47,249 nucleotides of DNA from a virus (taxonomy: Duplodnaviria; Caudoviricetes): IMG/VR virus record IMGVR_UViG_3300008113_000206, positions 1 to 47,249 of that record; one strand, 5' to 3'. The position numbers and the translations under genes are program-made. Positions 18,502-27,188 of the stretch are shown piece after piece. Within the stretch, counting starts at the first letter, position 1; each line of letters starts with the position of its first letter. A model generated the notes under the pieces. The model made no database searches, was not told the origin of the DNA, and saw only the letters and a program-made list of their open reading frames with translations.

Positions 18502-18685
18502 AACTCTAACTACGGCTTCCGCTAAGTTAGCCCCGCCAGCCTCTGTGTCGCTGGCAACTGTTATGGGCGTTCAGGTAAGCGAGCTTGTTCTATGGGCGAC
18601 GCTTATTTACACCCTGCTTTTGATCGGCCATAAGGTCTATCAGATTTGGAAAGACATAACCGCCAAGCCATCTGCGGAGGATTAA
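18476..18685 (+). CDS. Small membrane protein, holin-like
   Basis: 69 aa with a hydrophobic segment (LVLWATLIYTLLLIG); first gene of the lysis region. Confidence 0.65.
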   Translation: MNSSPQTTETLTTASAKLAPPASVSLATVMGVQVSELVLWATLIYTLLLIGHKVYQIWKDITAKPSAED

Positions 18686-19372
18686 ATTGACCCGCTAACC
18701 CTACTTGCTGCTGCCAACGCTGCCGTTGCTGCGGTCAAGAAAGGGTGCCAACTATATAAAGAGATCAAAGGCGCAGCAGGGGATGTTAGTGATGTACTTA
18801 AAGACTTAAAGGAGCAATACAACAAGATTGTTGATCCGACTCCCGTACAGAAACAACAGTATCACGCTGAAGTGCAGCGAGTGCAGGAGGTAGCGAAGTC
18901 TGACCCTAACGATGTCTACACCCAGATTGGTGACCAGTTGGGTGTGTTGATGGATAGCTATGACGCGTTGAGTAAAGCGCTGTTGGCAGAGCAGGTAGCA
19001 GGAAGCAAGGTCTACAAGGGTGAGGAAAGTATTGGTAGACGGGCATTACGGCGCATCATCATAACGACGAGACTGGACGCAATGTTGGTTGAGATACGCG
19101 AGACGATGGTGTACCGAGCGCCGCCGGAGTTGGGGTCACTCTGGAGCAAGTTTGAAGAGATGTGGCAGACCATCGTTGCTGAACAAGAAGCCGCTCATGC
19201 CGAAGAACTTAAACTGATACAGATCGCAAGATGGCGACGCAGAAAAAGAATAGCGGAAATCAGGGCAAAGGTGGCATGGATTTCAGCCGTGGTGTTCGTA
19301 GTTATATGGGCAGTGGGGCTAATGTGGCTGACGACAAGAAGCGCGATGATGAGAACGTCCCTTGGTCATTAA
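18686..19372 (+). CDS. Coiled-coil protein with C-terminal TM helix; probable ATT start
   Basis: Frame open from 18686 (ATT GAC CCG CTA..., IDPLTLLAAANAAVAAVKKGC) through the track ORF 18872-19372; GGAGG SD at 18676-18680. Confidence 0.75.
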   Translation: MDPLTLLAAANAAVAAVKKGCQLYKEIKGAAGDVSDVLKDLKEQYNKIVDPTPVQKQQYHAEVQRVQEVAKSDPNDVYTQIGDQLGVLMDSYDALSKALLAEQVAGSKVYKGEESIGRRALRRIIITTRLDAMLVEIRETMVYRAPPELGSLWSKFEEMWQTIVAEQEAAHAEELKLIQIARWRRRKRIAEIRAKVAWISAVVFVVIWAVGLMWLTTRSAMMRTSLGH

Positions 19373-19536
19373 TCGTTACGGTAATGGCTGTGCTATTGAT
19401 GTTCTTCATCATAATGCCGATCTTGGCGTTTATGTATTACGACATGTACTACGCGACACAGGCGGCAGTTACAGAGGTAAAGAAGATGCGGGAGTTGCGC
19501 AAAGAAATACTGATTGAAAGGATGTACGGGCAATGA
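19231..19536 (+). CDS. Single-pass membrane protein (lysis region); start uncertain
   Basis: Long hydrophobic stretch WSLIVTVMAVLLMFFIIMPILAF; stop overlaps the endolysin ATG. Confidence 0.65.
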   Translation: MATQKKNSGNQGKGGMDFSRGVRSYMGSGANVADDKKRDDENVPWSLIVTVMAVLLMFFIIMPILAFMYYDMYYATQAAVTEVKKMRELRKEILIERMYGQ

Positions 19537-20186
19537 TTACCCTTGCACAGTTTAAGAAGTTCGCGCCTAACACCAAGTACGCACAGCAGTGGTACGACAC
19601 GCTGTTTGGTCCGCAGACTGAACTAGGCGGCAAGTCGCTCTTAGAAGAGTACGAGATCAATACCCCCAAACGCGTGGCAGCTTTCCTAGCTCAATGCGCT
19701 CATGAGTCCGGTGGCTTTGTGTTTGTCACCGAGAACCTGAACTACAACGCATCTGGCCTGATGCGCATTTTCAAGAAGTACTTCGATACCCCTGAGCTTG
19801 CCAAACAGTACGAGCGCAACCCGCAGAAGATCGCCAATCGTGTGTACGCTAACCGTATGGGCAATGGCGATGAAGCGTCGGGCGAGGGGTTCAAATTTCG
19901 CGGACGCGGGATTTTGCAGCTGACCGGCAAGGACAACTATTTTTGGTTCGCCGCGTCACTAGAAATAACACCTGAGCAAGCTGCCGAGTACCTTGAGACA
20001 TTCGAGGGCGCGGCCCAGAGCGCCTGTTGGTACTGGGAGACGAAGGGCTTGAACAAACTTGCTGACGCTGGCGACATCAAGATGATGACGTACAAGATTA
20101 ACGGCGGCTATATTGGACTTGAGGATAGGGAGCATCACTATGCGCTGGCACTCAATATGTTTGGTTCTAATACTCGGTTGGCTTAG
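19533..20186 (+). CDS. Endolysin, glycoside hydrolase family 19
   Basis: AAFLAQCAHESGGF, ENLNY, YANRMGNG, FRGRGILQLTGKDNY, INGGYIGLEDR. Confidence 0.95.
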   Translation: MITLAQFKKFAPNTKYAQQWYDTLFGPQTELGGKSLLEEYEINTPKRVAAFLAQCAHESGGFVFVTENLNYNASGLMRIFKKYFDTPELAKQYERNPQKIANRVYANRMGNGDEASGEGFKFRGRGILQLTGKDNYFWFAASLEITPEQAAEYLETFEGAAQSACWYWETKGLNKLADAGDIKMMTYKINGGYIGLEDREHHYALALNMFGSNTRLA

Positions 20187-20334
20187 CGGGTGCGAAGACC
20201 GCTTCAGGTACCCATGCCAGTCGAACAAAAACTGGGGCAAGCCGGAATGTCAGCGGCCAGAATGTGCCGTGACCGGCACCTGTCCTGATCAGTTAGTGCC
20301 CGCGTCTGACTTCAAGCCGGAGGAACAAAAATGA
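20140..20334 (+). CDS. Cys-rich lipoprotein
   Basis: Signal peptide with lipobox LSG-C; four further Cys; GGGAG SD before ATG 20140; overlaps the endolysin 3' end. Confidence 0.75.
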   Translation: MRWHSICLVLILGWLSGCEDRFRYPCQSNKNWGKPECQRPECAVTGTCPDQLVPASDFKPEEQK

Positions 20335-20774
20335 AATGGACTCCCGACGTAATCGACTCATTTATCAAGCTAATCATCGGCGCGACTTTCTGCTTGGTAT
20401 TGCTGATGATGTCGACCTTGGCGATGTACAGTGTCGTTTTTGTAACGCAACCGATGGTAGGTATCGCCCCTGCTGACAAGCAGTTTTTCTTGCTGTTGTC
20501 AGACATGAGCAAATACATATTAGGTGCCTTGGCGACCCTCTTGGCTATCAAGGGTAAAGACGGCGTAGCCAAACTAATCGATCCACCTCCGGGTGTGTCC
20601 AAGGCTAGCGACTGGACTGATCCGCCACCATCACCGCCGCCACCTAAATCGCCTACACAGGCTCCTATTCGTATGGAGCCTACAATTGATCCTATCAATT
20701 CTTCGTCGCCAGTAGCTACAGGCTATGGTGGCAAACCCGCCCCTGTCCAACCACCTCACCCGGAGATTTCATGA
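20331..20774 (+). CDS. Two-TM membrane protein with a Pro-rich tail
   Basis: Two hydrophobic helices followed by PPPSPPPP low-complexity tail; ATGA coupling. Confidence 0.75.
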   Translation: MKWTPDVIDSFIKLIIGATFCLVLLMMSTLAMYSVVFVTQPMVGIAPADKQFFLLLSDMSKYILGALATLLAIKGKDGVAKLIDPPPGVSKASDWTDPPPSPPPPKSPTQAPIRMEPTIDPINSSSPVATGYGGKPAPVQPPHPEIS

Positions 20775-20959
20775 TGCTACTTTACGCTCGGATGGCAGTA
20801 ACCGTTCTGCTAAGTATGTTCTTGGTGTTCCAGATTCACGCCGGAGAGACTAAGAAAGTCTGCCACGCTGAGAAAGACCGCAAGGGCAAAGAGGTGCAGG
20901 TTTGTCGCGAGGTTAAGATTCACAAGAAGCTAGACGGAACGAAGGTGCCTCCCAAATGA
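20771..20959 (+). CDS. Small secreted protein with one Cys pair
   Basis: Signal peptide ending IHA; C...C beta-hairpin-like; ATGA coupling at both ends. Confidence 0.7.
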   Translation: MMLLYARMAVTVLLSMFLVFQIHAGETKKVCHAEKDRKGKEVQVCREVKIHKKLDGTKVPPK

Positions 20960-21429
20960 ATCCTTGGCTGATACTCGGCGCAGTCCTCGCGGTAGGTGCA
21001 GCGGCTGGAGCCAGCTTCTTCGCTGGTGCAGAAAGTGGCCGCGCTGAGGTTCAGCAGAAGTGGGATAACCAGATGCGCCAGCTCGCAGAAGAGCGCGCGA
21101 AAGAGATAGAACTTACTCGGGAAAAAGAGCAAAATATGCAAGAATCTGCGGAAACGATCCGCAAGGAGAAGGACCGTGAGATACAGCAAATTAACGCTCG
21201 TGCTACCGCTCTTGCTAACAGCTTGCGCGACCGTCCCGAGCGCCCCAGTGACAAAGGTGCCGTGCCCAGTACCACCCCCACTTGTAGTGGAGCGTCCGGC
21301 GCGGAACTGGCAAGGCGAGATGGAGAGTTTCTTGCAGGGTACAGTGCCGACGCAGCCAAGCTCGCCAAAGCCTTAGAACTTTGTACGGCTCAGTACGAAA
21401 CAGTACGAGCCGAACTCTTGAAAAAGTAG
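20956..21429 (+). CDS. Rz: Inner-membrane spanin (Rz-like)
   Basis: N-terminal TM, long coiled coil, C-terminal Cys residues; contains the embedded lipoprotein ORF. Confidence 0.85.
   Translation: MNPWLILGAVLAVGAAAGASFFAGAESGRAEVQQKWDNQMRQLAEERAKEIELTREKEQNMQESAETIRKEKDREIQQINARATALANSLRDRPERPSDKGAVPSTTPTCSGASGAELARRDGEFLAGYSADAAKLAKALELCTAQYETVRAELLKK
21176..21376 (+). CDS. Rz1: Outer-membrane spanin lipoprotein (Rz1-like), embedded in the +1 frame
   Basis: GTG start after AAGGAGAAGGA; lipobox LTA-C; Pro-rich mature part; fully inside the Rz-like gene. Confidence 0.85.
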   Translation: MRYSKLTLVLPLLLTACATVPSAPVTKVPCPVPPPLVVERPARNWQGEMESFLQGTVPTQPSSPKP

Positions 21430-21437
21430 GACACATC

Positions 21438-24356
21438 ATGGCAGCACTTGTTATCAAATCTTTCGCAGGAATCTCACCGAAGACTCCATCGCGATATTTG
21501 CAGGACACACAAGCGCAAGTGGCTATTAACTGCCCTGTGTTTTCTGGATCGATTCAGCCGCTAGCTAATGTTGGATCGTCTCTACTTACGTTATCAAAAG
21601 ACGGCGTACCACGTACCATTTACCGCTACGGCCAAGACATAGACTCAGATACGCAGTATTGGTTTAACTGGGGTTCGGACGTTGATGTTTGTAGAAGTCA
21701 GATTTCAGGTGATGCTTCTGAATGGACGTTTTACACTGGTGACGGCCCGCCTAAAGCGACTTACAACACGATTGCTCTATCGTCGTCAAACTACCCTGCG
21801 GTTTCTCGTCCGCTTGGTCTTCCAGCGCCTACTGATCCTGTGACTACATCATTAGGCCCTTATGACCCAGCAACCAACCCAGCTGAGGTTTATATTTCTG
21901 CGCAAAACGTAGACGCAGCTTCGTCGACTTACGGTGTTGACTACAGCTTAAACGATGGGGACACTTATACAAATGTAGCCATTACAACTAATACCGCAAC
22001 GGCTATTGCTACAGCATTAGATGCTGTTGCTACGTTGACTGCGACCGTTGTTAGTGGCGAAGTACTAGTTAAAACCACCGCGACTGGTGAGACAGCTAAG
22101 CTGCGCCTACGCATACGAACAGGTAGCGTAGTTAACGAAGAAGGTTCGTTTACTTATAGCGGTTATGATAGTACGCTGAAGTACGGCAGAGCTAATACCG
22201 TAGGCACTTTGTATATTCTTGACCAAGAAATAAGCTCATACGATGTCGGTAACAAAGTCGACGTTTCGATCCGTACAAACCAGACTTATATAGCTGGAGA
22301 CATTGCTAGTTTCCGAGTAAACAAAGAAGGGATGACTGCTGTCGATGTTGCTGGCGCACTTAACTTCGGACAAATAATTCTACCCGCTGTTGAAATTGCA
22401 GCGGTACGGACTGGGCATTATTTAGATGTAGGTATGACTGTAAGTGGTTCTCCAACAGTTATTATGCGGCTTATTGGTACCACCAATACATATACCGCCG
22501 CTACCTTAGCCGCTGCTATGCAAGCACAAGTAAATCAGGTAGGCGGGCAAGACGCTATTTACATCGGCGCAGTCGGCGATACTGTTGTTATATCTTCAGT
22601 CCGAGGGGCGGTTTCTACGCCGTCTTACGCTAGATATTTAACTAACCCAAACCCCGGTGGTGTTACCCCAGTCTACTCAGCTAATGCTAGTGGATTCATA
22701 CCATCTTCAGGCGGCAGCAAGATTTTTACTGCGGTAGCTTACGGCAGTGTGCTTGTATGTGACCCGTTGGCGAAAGGCACTGGCAACAACGACGCAATAA
22801 GCTACGCAAGATACATCACGGCGGGAGGTGCGGTTATTGAGTCTTCCAAGCTAGATGCGTTCAACTCAGATTCGGCGTCTCCTGCCAGAGTAATTTTGTC
22901 GCAGACAAACATAGACGACCTAGAGCTTTCGTACTTATCCACACTCACGAATGATGGTGAGGTGCGTAAGTTTGTGTTTAACCCTGCCGTAGCGTCTAAT
23001 ATATACGGGCTTGTCGGCGCTTCTGCTAACGTAGAGATTTATGGAGCTGTCTCGCCAATAGCGGTAGTAACTTCTGTTGCTACCGGCACCTCGGCTACTC
23101 TACATTTGCGAGAAGGTACATTTCCTACAAAAGCCACTTACGCAGAAATGTCTGGCACCGGTACCATTGCTGCGCCGAGCCTTACAGAGTCGCGGGTCTA
23201 TGTTTATACGTGGGTTAACGAAGAGTCCGGGTTCGAGTTTGAGTCCGCCCCATCGCCAGCATCAGCCATTGTCGATGTTCATGACAAGCAGACAGTTACG
23301 CTTAGCGGTTTTGGGACTCCAATCGATGAGTATACAGTTACCCACAAGCGTATCTACCGCTCGGTAAACGGTGTTTATTTATTTGTGGTGCAACTACCAT
23401 ACGATACCGCTAACTACACTGACTCGAAAGACCCAGATGAATTGTCCGAAGAGTTGCCGTCAGCGACATGGACCCCGCCACCTTCGACTCTAAGAGGATT
23501 GATTAACCTGCCGAACGGCATCATGGCTGGGTTTGTTGGACGAGACGTTTACCTCTGCGATCCGTACCACCCTCACGCTTGGCCGGAGCAGTACATACAG
23601 ACGGTGGACTACCCAGTTGTCGGGCTTGGGCGTATGGATACAACGCTCGCTGTTCTAACAACCGGCTCACCGTACTTCTTGCAGGGTACATCGCCTGACA
23701 CGATGGTGCTGGTTAAGTCTGACCTTGAGCAGTCATGCTCGTCCAAGCGCAGCATTGTTAGCGCCAACGGAGTGGTGATGTACGCTAGCCCTGATGGGCT
23801 AGTTCTACTGACCCCGAGTGGGTCTAAGATTGTTACCGAGAACTACTTTACTCGCGCGCAGTGGCAATCCTACTTTGTGCCGACTTCGATCCACGCGTAC
23901 ATGCACGATTTGAAATACATAGGCTTTTACAATAATGGTACTACTTCAGGTGGCTTTATTTATGACCTTACTTCTGGGCAGTTTATTCTTCACGACATTT
24001 ACGCTACTTGCGGTTATACGGACTTGCAGCGCGACCAATTGTTCCTCGGCTTCAGTGATCGTGCGCTCAAGAAATGGCTAGTAGGCGCACCTAAATCTTA
24101 TACGTGGCGTTCTAAAAAGTTTACCTTGCCGCAGGTTACTGGGTTTAGTTGCGCGATGCTTGAAGCAGAGTCGTATCCCATGACGCTGAAGTTCTACATG
24201 GACGGGACTTTATTCCATACCCAAACTGTTGCTTCAAGAGACGCGTTCCGTTTACCAGTAGAACAAGGGCATGACTTTGAACTACAGATAGAAGGCGCGT
24301 ACGAAGTCTTCTCAGTAGCTGTAGCGCAGTCGGTTGAGGAGTTGGTCGGTGTCTAA
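21438..24356 (+). CDS. Tail nozzle / stabilisation protein with a large internal insertion
   Basis: MAALVIKSFAGISPK start; RVYVYTWV, ESAPSPAS, RIYRS, NGIMAGF, PHAWP, YASPDGLV, WRSKKF motifs. Confidence 0.75.
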   Translation: MAALVIKSFAGISPKTPSRYLQDTQAQVAINCPVFSGSIQPLANVGSSLLTLSKDGVPRTIYRYGQDIDSDTQYWFNWGSDVDVCRSQISGDASEWTFYTGDGPPKATYNTIALSSSNYPAVSRPLGLPAPTDPVTTSLGPYDPATNPAEVYISAQNVDAASSTYGVDYSLNDGDTYTNVAITTNTATAIATALDAVATLTATVVSGEVLVKTTATGETAKLRLRIRTGSVVNEEGSFTYSGYDSTLKYGRANTVGTLYILDQEISSYDVGNKVDVSIRTNQTYIAGDIASFRVNKEGMTAVDVAGALNFGQIILPAVEIAAVRTGHYLDVGMTVSGSPTVIMRLIGTTNTYTAATLAAAMQAQVNQVGGQDAIYIGAVGDTVVISSVRGAVSTPSYARYLTNPNPGGVTPVYSANASGFIPSSGGSKIFTAVAYGSVLVCDPLAKGTGNNDAISYARYITAGGAVIESSKLDAFNSDSASPARVILSQTNIDDLELSYLSTLTNDGEVRKFVFNPAVASNIYGLVGASANVEIYGAVSPIAVVTSVATGTSATLHLREGTFPTKATYAEMSGTGTIAAPSLTESRVYVYTWVNEESGFEFESAPSPASAIVDVHDKQTVTLSGFGTPIDEYTVTHKRIYRSVNGVYLFVVQLPYDTANYTDSKDPDELSEELPSATWTPPPSTLRGLINLPNGIMAGFVGRDVYLCDPYHPHAWPEQYIQTVDYPVVGLGRMDTTLAVLTTGSPYFLQGTSPDTMVLVKSDLEQSCSSKRSIVSANGVVMYASPDGLVLLTPSGSKIVTENYFTRAQWQSYFVPTSIHAYMHDLKYIGFYNNGTTSGGFIYDLTSGQFILHDIYATCGYTDLQRDQLFLGFSDRALKKWLVGAPKSYTWRSKKFTLPQVTGFSCAMLEAESYPMTLKFYMDGTLFHTQTVASRDAFRLPVEQGHDFELQIEGAYEVFSVAVAQSVEELVGV

Positions 24357-27150
24357 GCTACCTACAGTATCGTCCCAGATACCCCAAGATTTGCGGGCGT
24401 TTTTAGACCGCGTTCGAGAAATATTATCTGGTAAAGGGCTAGATAGGTATGTAACCGCGCGTGATTTGATTAAAGGCGGTGTTGTTATTGTCACGCCGGG
24501 AGGTGATGTTGTAGCCCCCGATACTCCGACAGTTGTAGAAATGCCTCCGGCGCCTACTGGCCTCACCGCCACAGGAGCTTTGGCGAACATTATTCTTACG
24601 TGGGACCCAATTAGATACTCAGGACATTCGTTTACTGAGATATGGTCAGCCAGCACAAATGATTTGTCTGCCGCTGTTTTAGCCGGACAAGGCCCCGGCA
24701 ACGTGTACGCAGACAACATAGGGTCTGCGGCTACTAGATACTACTGGATTCGATTCGTAAATAAAGACGGCGTTGCTGGGCCGTACAACGCTTCTGCTGG
24801 AACTGTGGGCACGACTGGTAGTGATCCTGCTTACTTACTAGATGTGCTGGCTGGTTCAATTACAGAGTCAGAGTTGTACACCGAGCTTAATACGCGCATT
24901 AACCTAATCGATGGTGTGGGTGCATTAGAAGCCTACTCATCTACTAAAACATACCAAGTAGGAGAGACTGTTCAATACAGCAGTCGTCTTTATCGTTGCA
25001 AGTTAGCGTCCACAAACAACCTTCCGACTAATACAACATACTGGCAAGACATTGGGCAGTATTCATCGTATGGCAACGCGCTTGCTGTTCAACGCACATC
25101 AATCGAAACCAACACATCTGCTATCGCAGCAGAAGTAACCGCTAGGCAAGCCTTAGCTGTTGTCGTTAACAGCAAAAATAGAACCTACAGACAAACTACA
25201 GCTCCAACTACAGAGTTAGTTGCTGGAGATTTGTGGTTTGACACCGATGATTCAAATAAGGCGTACCGGTATAGTGGTACAGCATGGGTTGCTACTGACG
25301 ACACTCGCATCGCCCAAAACTCTGCTGACATTCTTACCGAGCAAACAGTACGCGCTAACGCAGACTCCGCGCTTTCGTCCAGCATTACTACTCTACAAAC
25401 TACTGTAAACGGTAACACGTCTGCTATTCAGACTAACACTCAGTCCATAGATGGTATACGCGCGATCTATAGCGTAAAGATGGACATCAACGGCAACGTG
25501 TCCGGTTTTGGTTTGATGTCTACTTTAGTAGACGGCGGCGCGGTTACTTCAGACTTTTTTGTTAACGCAAACCGTTTTGCTGTAACACTACCTGTTAGTT
25601 CTGTTCCGCTAAGAGTTAACAGCACTGCTTACGCGGTTAACCAATCAGTAAGAATTAGCGGCACTACGAACAAAATGCTTGTTTGTAAAGTCGCCGGTAC
25701 GTCTGGTGGCTCCGCACCATCTATTGCCGGTGCGATTGGTTCGCTGGTTACTGACGGCTCAGTTACTTGGCAGATTACAAGCACAGTGCCGATAGCTGTT
25801 GTCACTAGTAGTTATACATCAAACGGCAATACTCTTGCCCCCGGCGTGTATATCGACGGGGCATCGATTGTCAACGCTACGATTAACAGCGCGCAAATTG
25901 GTACCCTGACTGCGGACAAGATCACAACCGGCACTCTTGGTGCTAGTGTAATTTACTCGGGCACTATTAACGCAGGGCAGATTAACGCCAATACGCTTAG
26001 CGCTATTGAAGCCAACACAGGTAACTTGTCAGTTACTGGTACGTTGACAGTCGGTACTACTGGTTACATCATTGGTGGGCAGACCGGATATGACAACGGC
26101 ACTGGTTTCTTTCTAGGCTACGACAGCTCTGCATATAAGTTCTCAATCGGTAACTCTTCCGGCACTAAGATGACGTGGAACGGCACCGCGTTGACTGTTA
26201 CCGGCGGCACAATCACCGGTGGCACGGTTAGAACGGCTGCGTCTGGGCAACGAGTAGAAATTTCCGATAGCAACAATCAACTTATTGTTTATAACTCTTC
26301 TGGCAACCCTATAATTGCCGTGGGTGGCACTACAAACGGTTTAATTTATGTAACAACTACAGGTACGACGCCTCCTATATACGCCACATCTACCTCCGTC
26401 GCTGCTGTATTTGGCGTAGCCACTTCTGGCGTTGGTGTTAATGGTTCGGCTAGTACAGGAAACGGCGTACAAGGGTCTAGTACTAATTCGGGAATTGGTG
26501 TTATTGGCTTAGCTTCGGGCACAGGGTCTGCTACCAACCACGGTATACGCGGCTTAAACAGTAACAATAACGCTGGTGGTCTTGTAGGTGCAGCAAATGG
26601 GTTTGATTTTTACGCTGAGGGCCCCGGCTCCAACTACGGTCCATTTACTGGAGCCCACGATACGCTTACCTTAAAGACGGATACTTTTACGGTCGGCGAT
26701 ATTGTTGTCGATGTAGGCATTATACGTAGGAAAGGAATATCTTCTACGATTGCACTAGTAACTACTAGCTCAACCGCAAATCAAAAGGCGGTTATCGGCG
26801 TAGTGTGTTCCGCGCCTAGACCACTAGCCAACACACAGCCCTCTGTTTATATCGCTGGGTTCGACATGGAGACTAGAAGAAATATTATGTCCCCAGACTA
26901 CGAACCCGATTGCCAAGTTTATAATATTATGGCGGTCAACGCGTTGGGCGAAGGGCAGATCAATGTCTGTGGCGAGGGTGGAGATATTCAAGCTGGCGAT
27001 TTAATTGTCACGTCTTCGATCCCCGGCAAAGGTATGAAGCAAGCAGACGATATTGTGCGGTCGATCACAGTGGCAAAAGCCCGGGAATCTGTGACATTTT
27101 CTAGCCCCACGGAGGTCAAGCAAATTGCTTGTATTTACCTCAGCGGCTAA
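24349..27150 (+). CDS. Tail spike / host-specificity protein with a C-terminal autocleaving chaperone-like domain
   Basis: Fn3-like N-part (YYWIRFVN), GDLWFDTDD repeat, DUF1983-like YSVKMDINGNVSGFGL, C-terminal FTGAHD...VNALGEGQINV...GDLIVTS; GTG start with GAGGAG SD. Confidence 0.8.
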   Translation: MSKLPTVSSQIPQDLRAFLDRVREILSGKGLDRYVTARDLIKGGVVIVTPGGDVVAPDTPTVVEMPPAPTGLTATGALANIILTWDPIRYSGHSFTEIWSASTNDLSAAVLAGQGPGNVYADNIGSAATRYYWIRFVNKDGVAGPYNASAGTVGTTGSDPAYLLDVLAGSITESELYTELNTRINLIDGVGALEAYSSTKTYQVGETVQYSSRLYRCKLASTNNLPTNTTYWQDIGQYSSYGNALAVQRTSIETNTSAIAAEVTARQALAVVVNSKNRTYRQTTAPTTELVAGDLWFDTDDSNKAYRYSGTAWVATDDTRIAQNSADILTEQTVRANADSALSSSITTLQTTVNGNTSAIQTNTQSIDGIRAIYSVKMDINGNVSGFGLMSTLVDGGAVTSDFFVNANRFAVTLPVSSVPLRVNSTAYAVNQSVRISGTTNKMLVCKVAGTSGGSAPSIAGAIGSLVTDGSVTWQITSTVPIAVVTSSYTSNGNTLAPGVYIDGASIVNATINSAQIGTLTADKITTGTLGASVIYSGTINAGQINANTLSAIEANTGNLSVTGTLTVGTTGYIIGGQTGYDNGTGFFLGYDSSAYKFSIGNSSGTKMTWNGTALTVTGGTITGGTVRTAASGQRVEISDSNNQLIVYNSSGNPIIAVGGTTNGLIYVTTTGTTPPIYATSTSVAAVFGVATSGVGVNGSASTGNGVQGSSTNSGIGVIGLASGTGSATNHGIRGLNSNNNAGGLVGAANGFDFYAEGPGSNYGPFTGAHDTLTLKTDTFTVGDIVVDVGIIRRKGISSTIALVTTSSTANQKAVIGVVCSAPRPLANTQPSVYIAGFDMETRRNIMSPDYEPDCQVYNIMAVNALGEGQINVCGEGGDIQAGDLIVTSSIPGKGMKQADDIVRSITVAKARESVTFSSPTEVKQIACIYLSG

Positions 27151-27152
27151 TC

Positions 27153-27181
27153 TTTACACAGGCATACCCGTGTGATATATA
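27153..27181 (+). promoter_or_regulatory. Sigma70-like promoter TTTACA-17-TATATA with extended TG
   Basis: In the 38-nt gap after the spike gene; ends 7 nt before ATG 27189. Confidence 0.45.
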
Positions 27182-27188
27182 CAACGCA

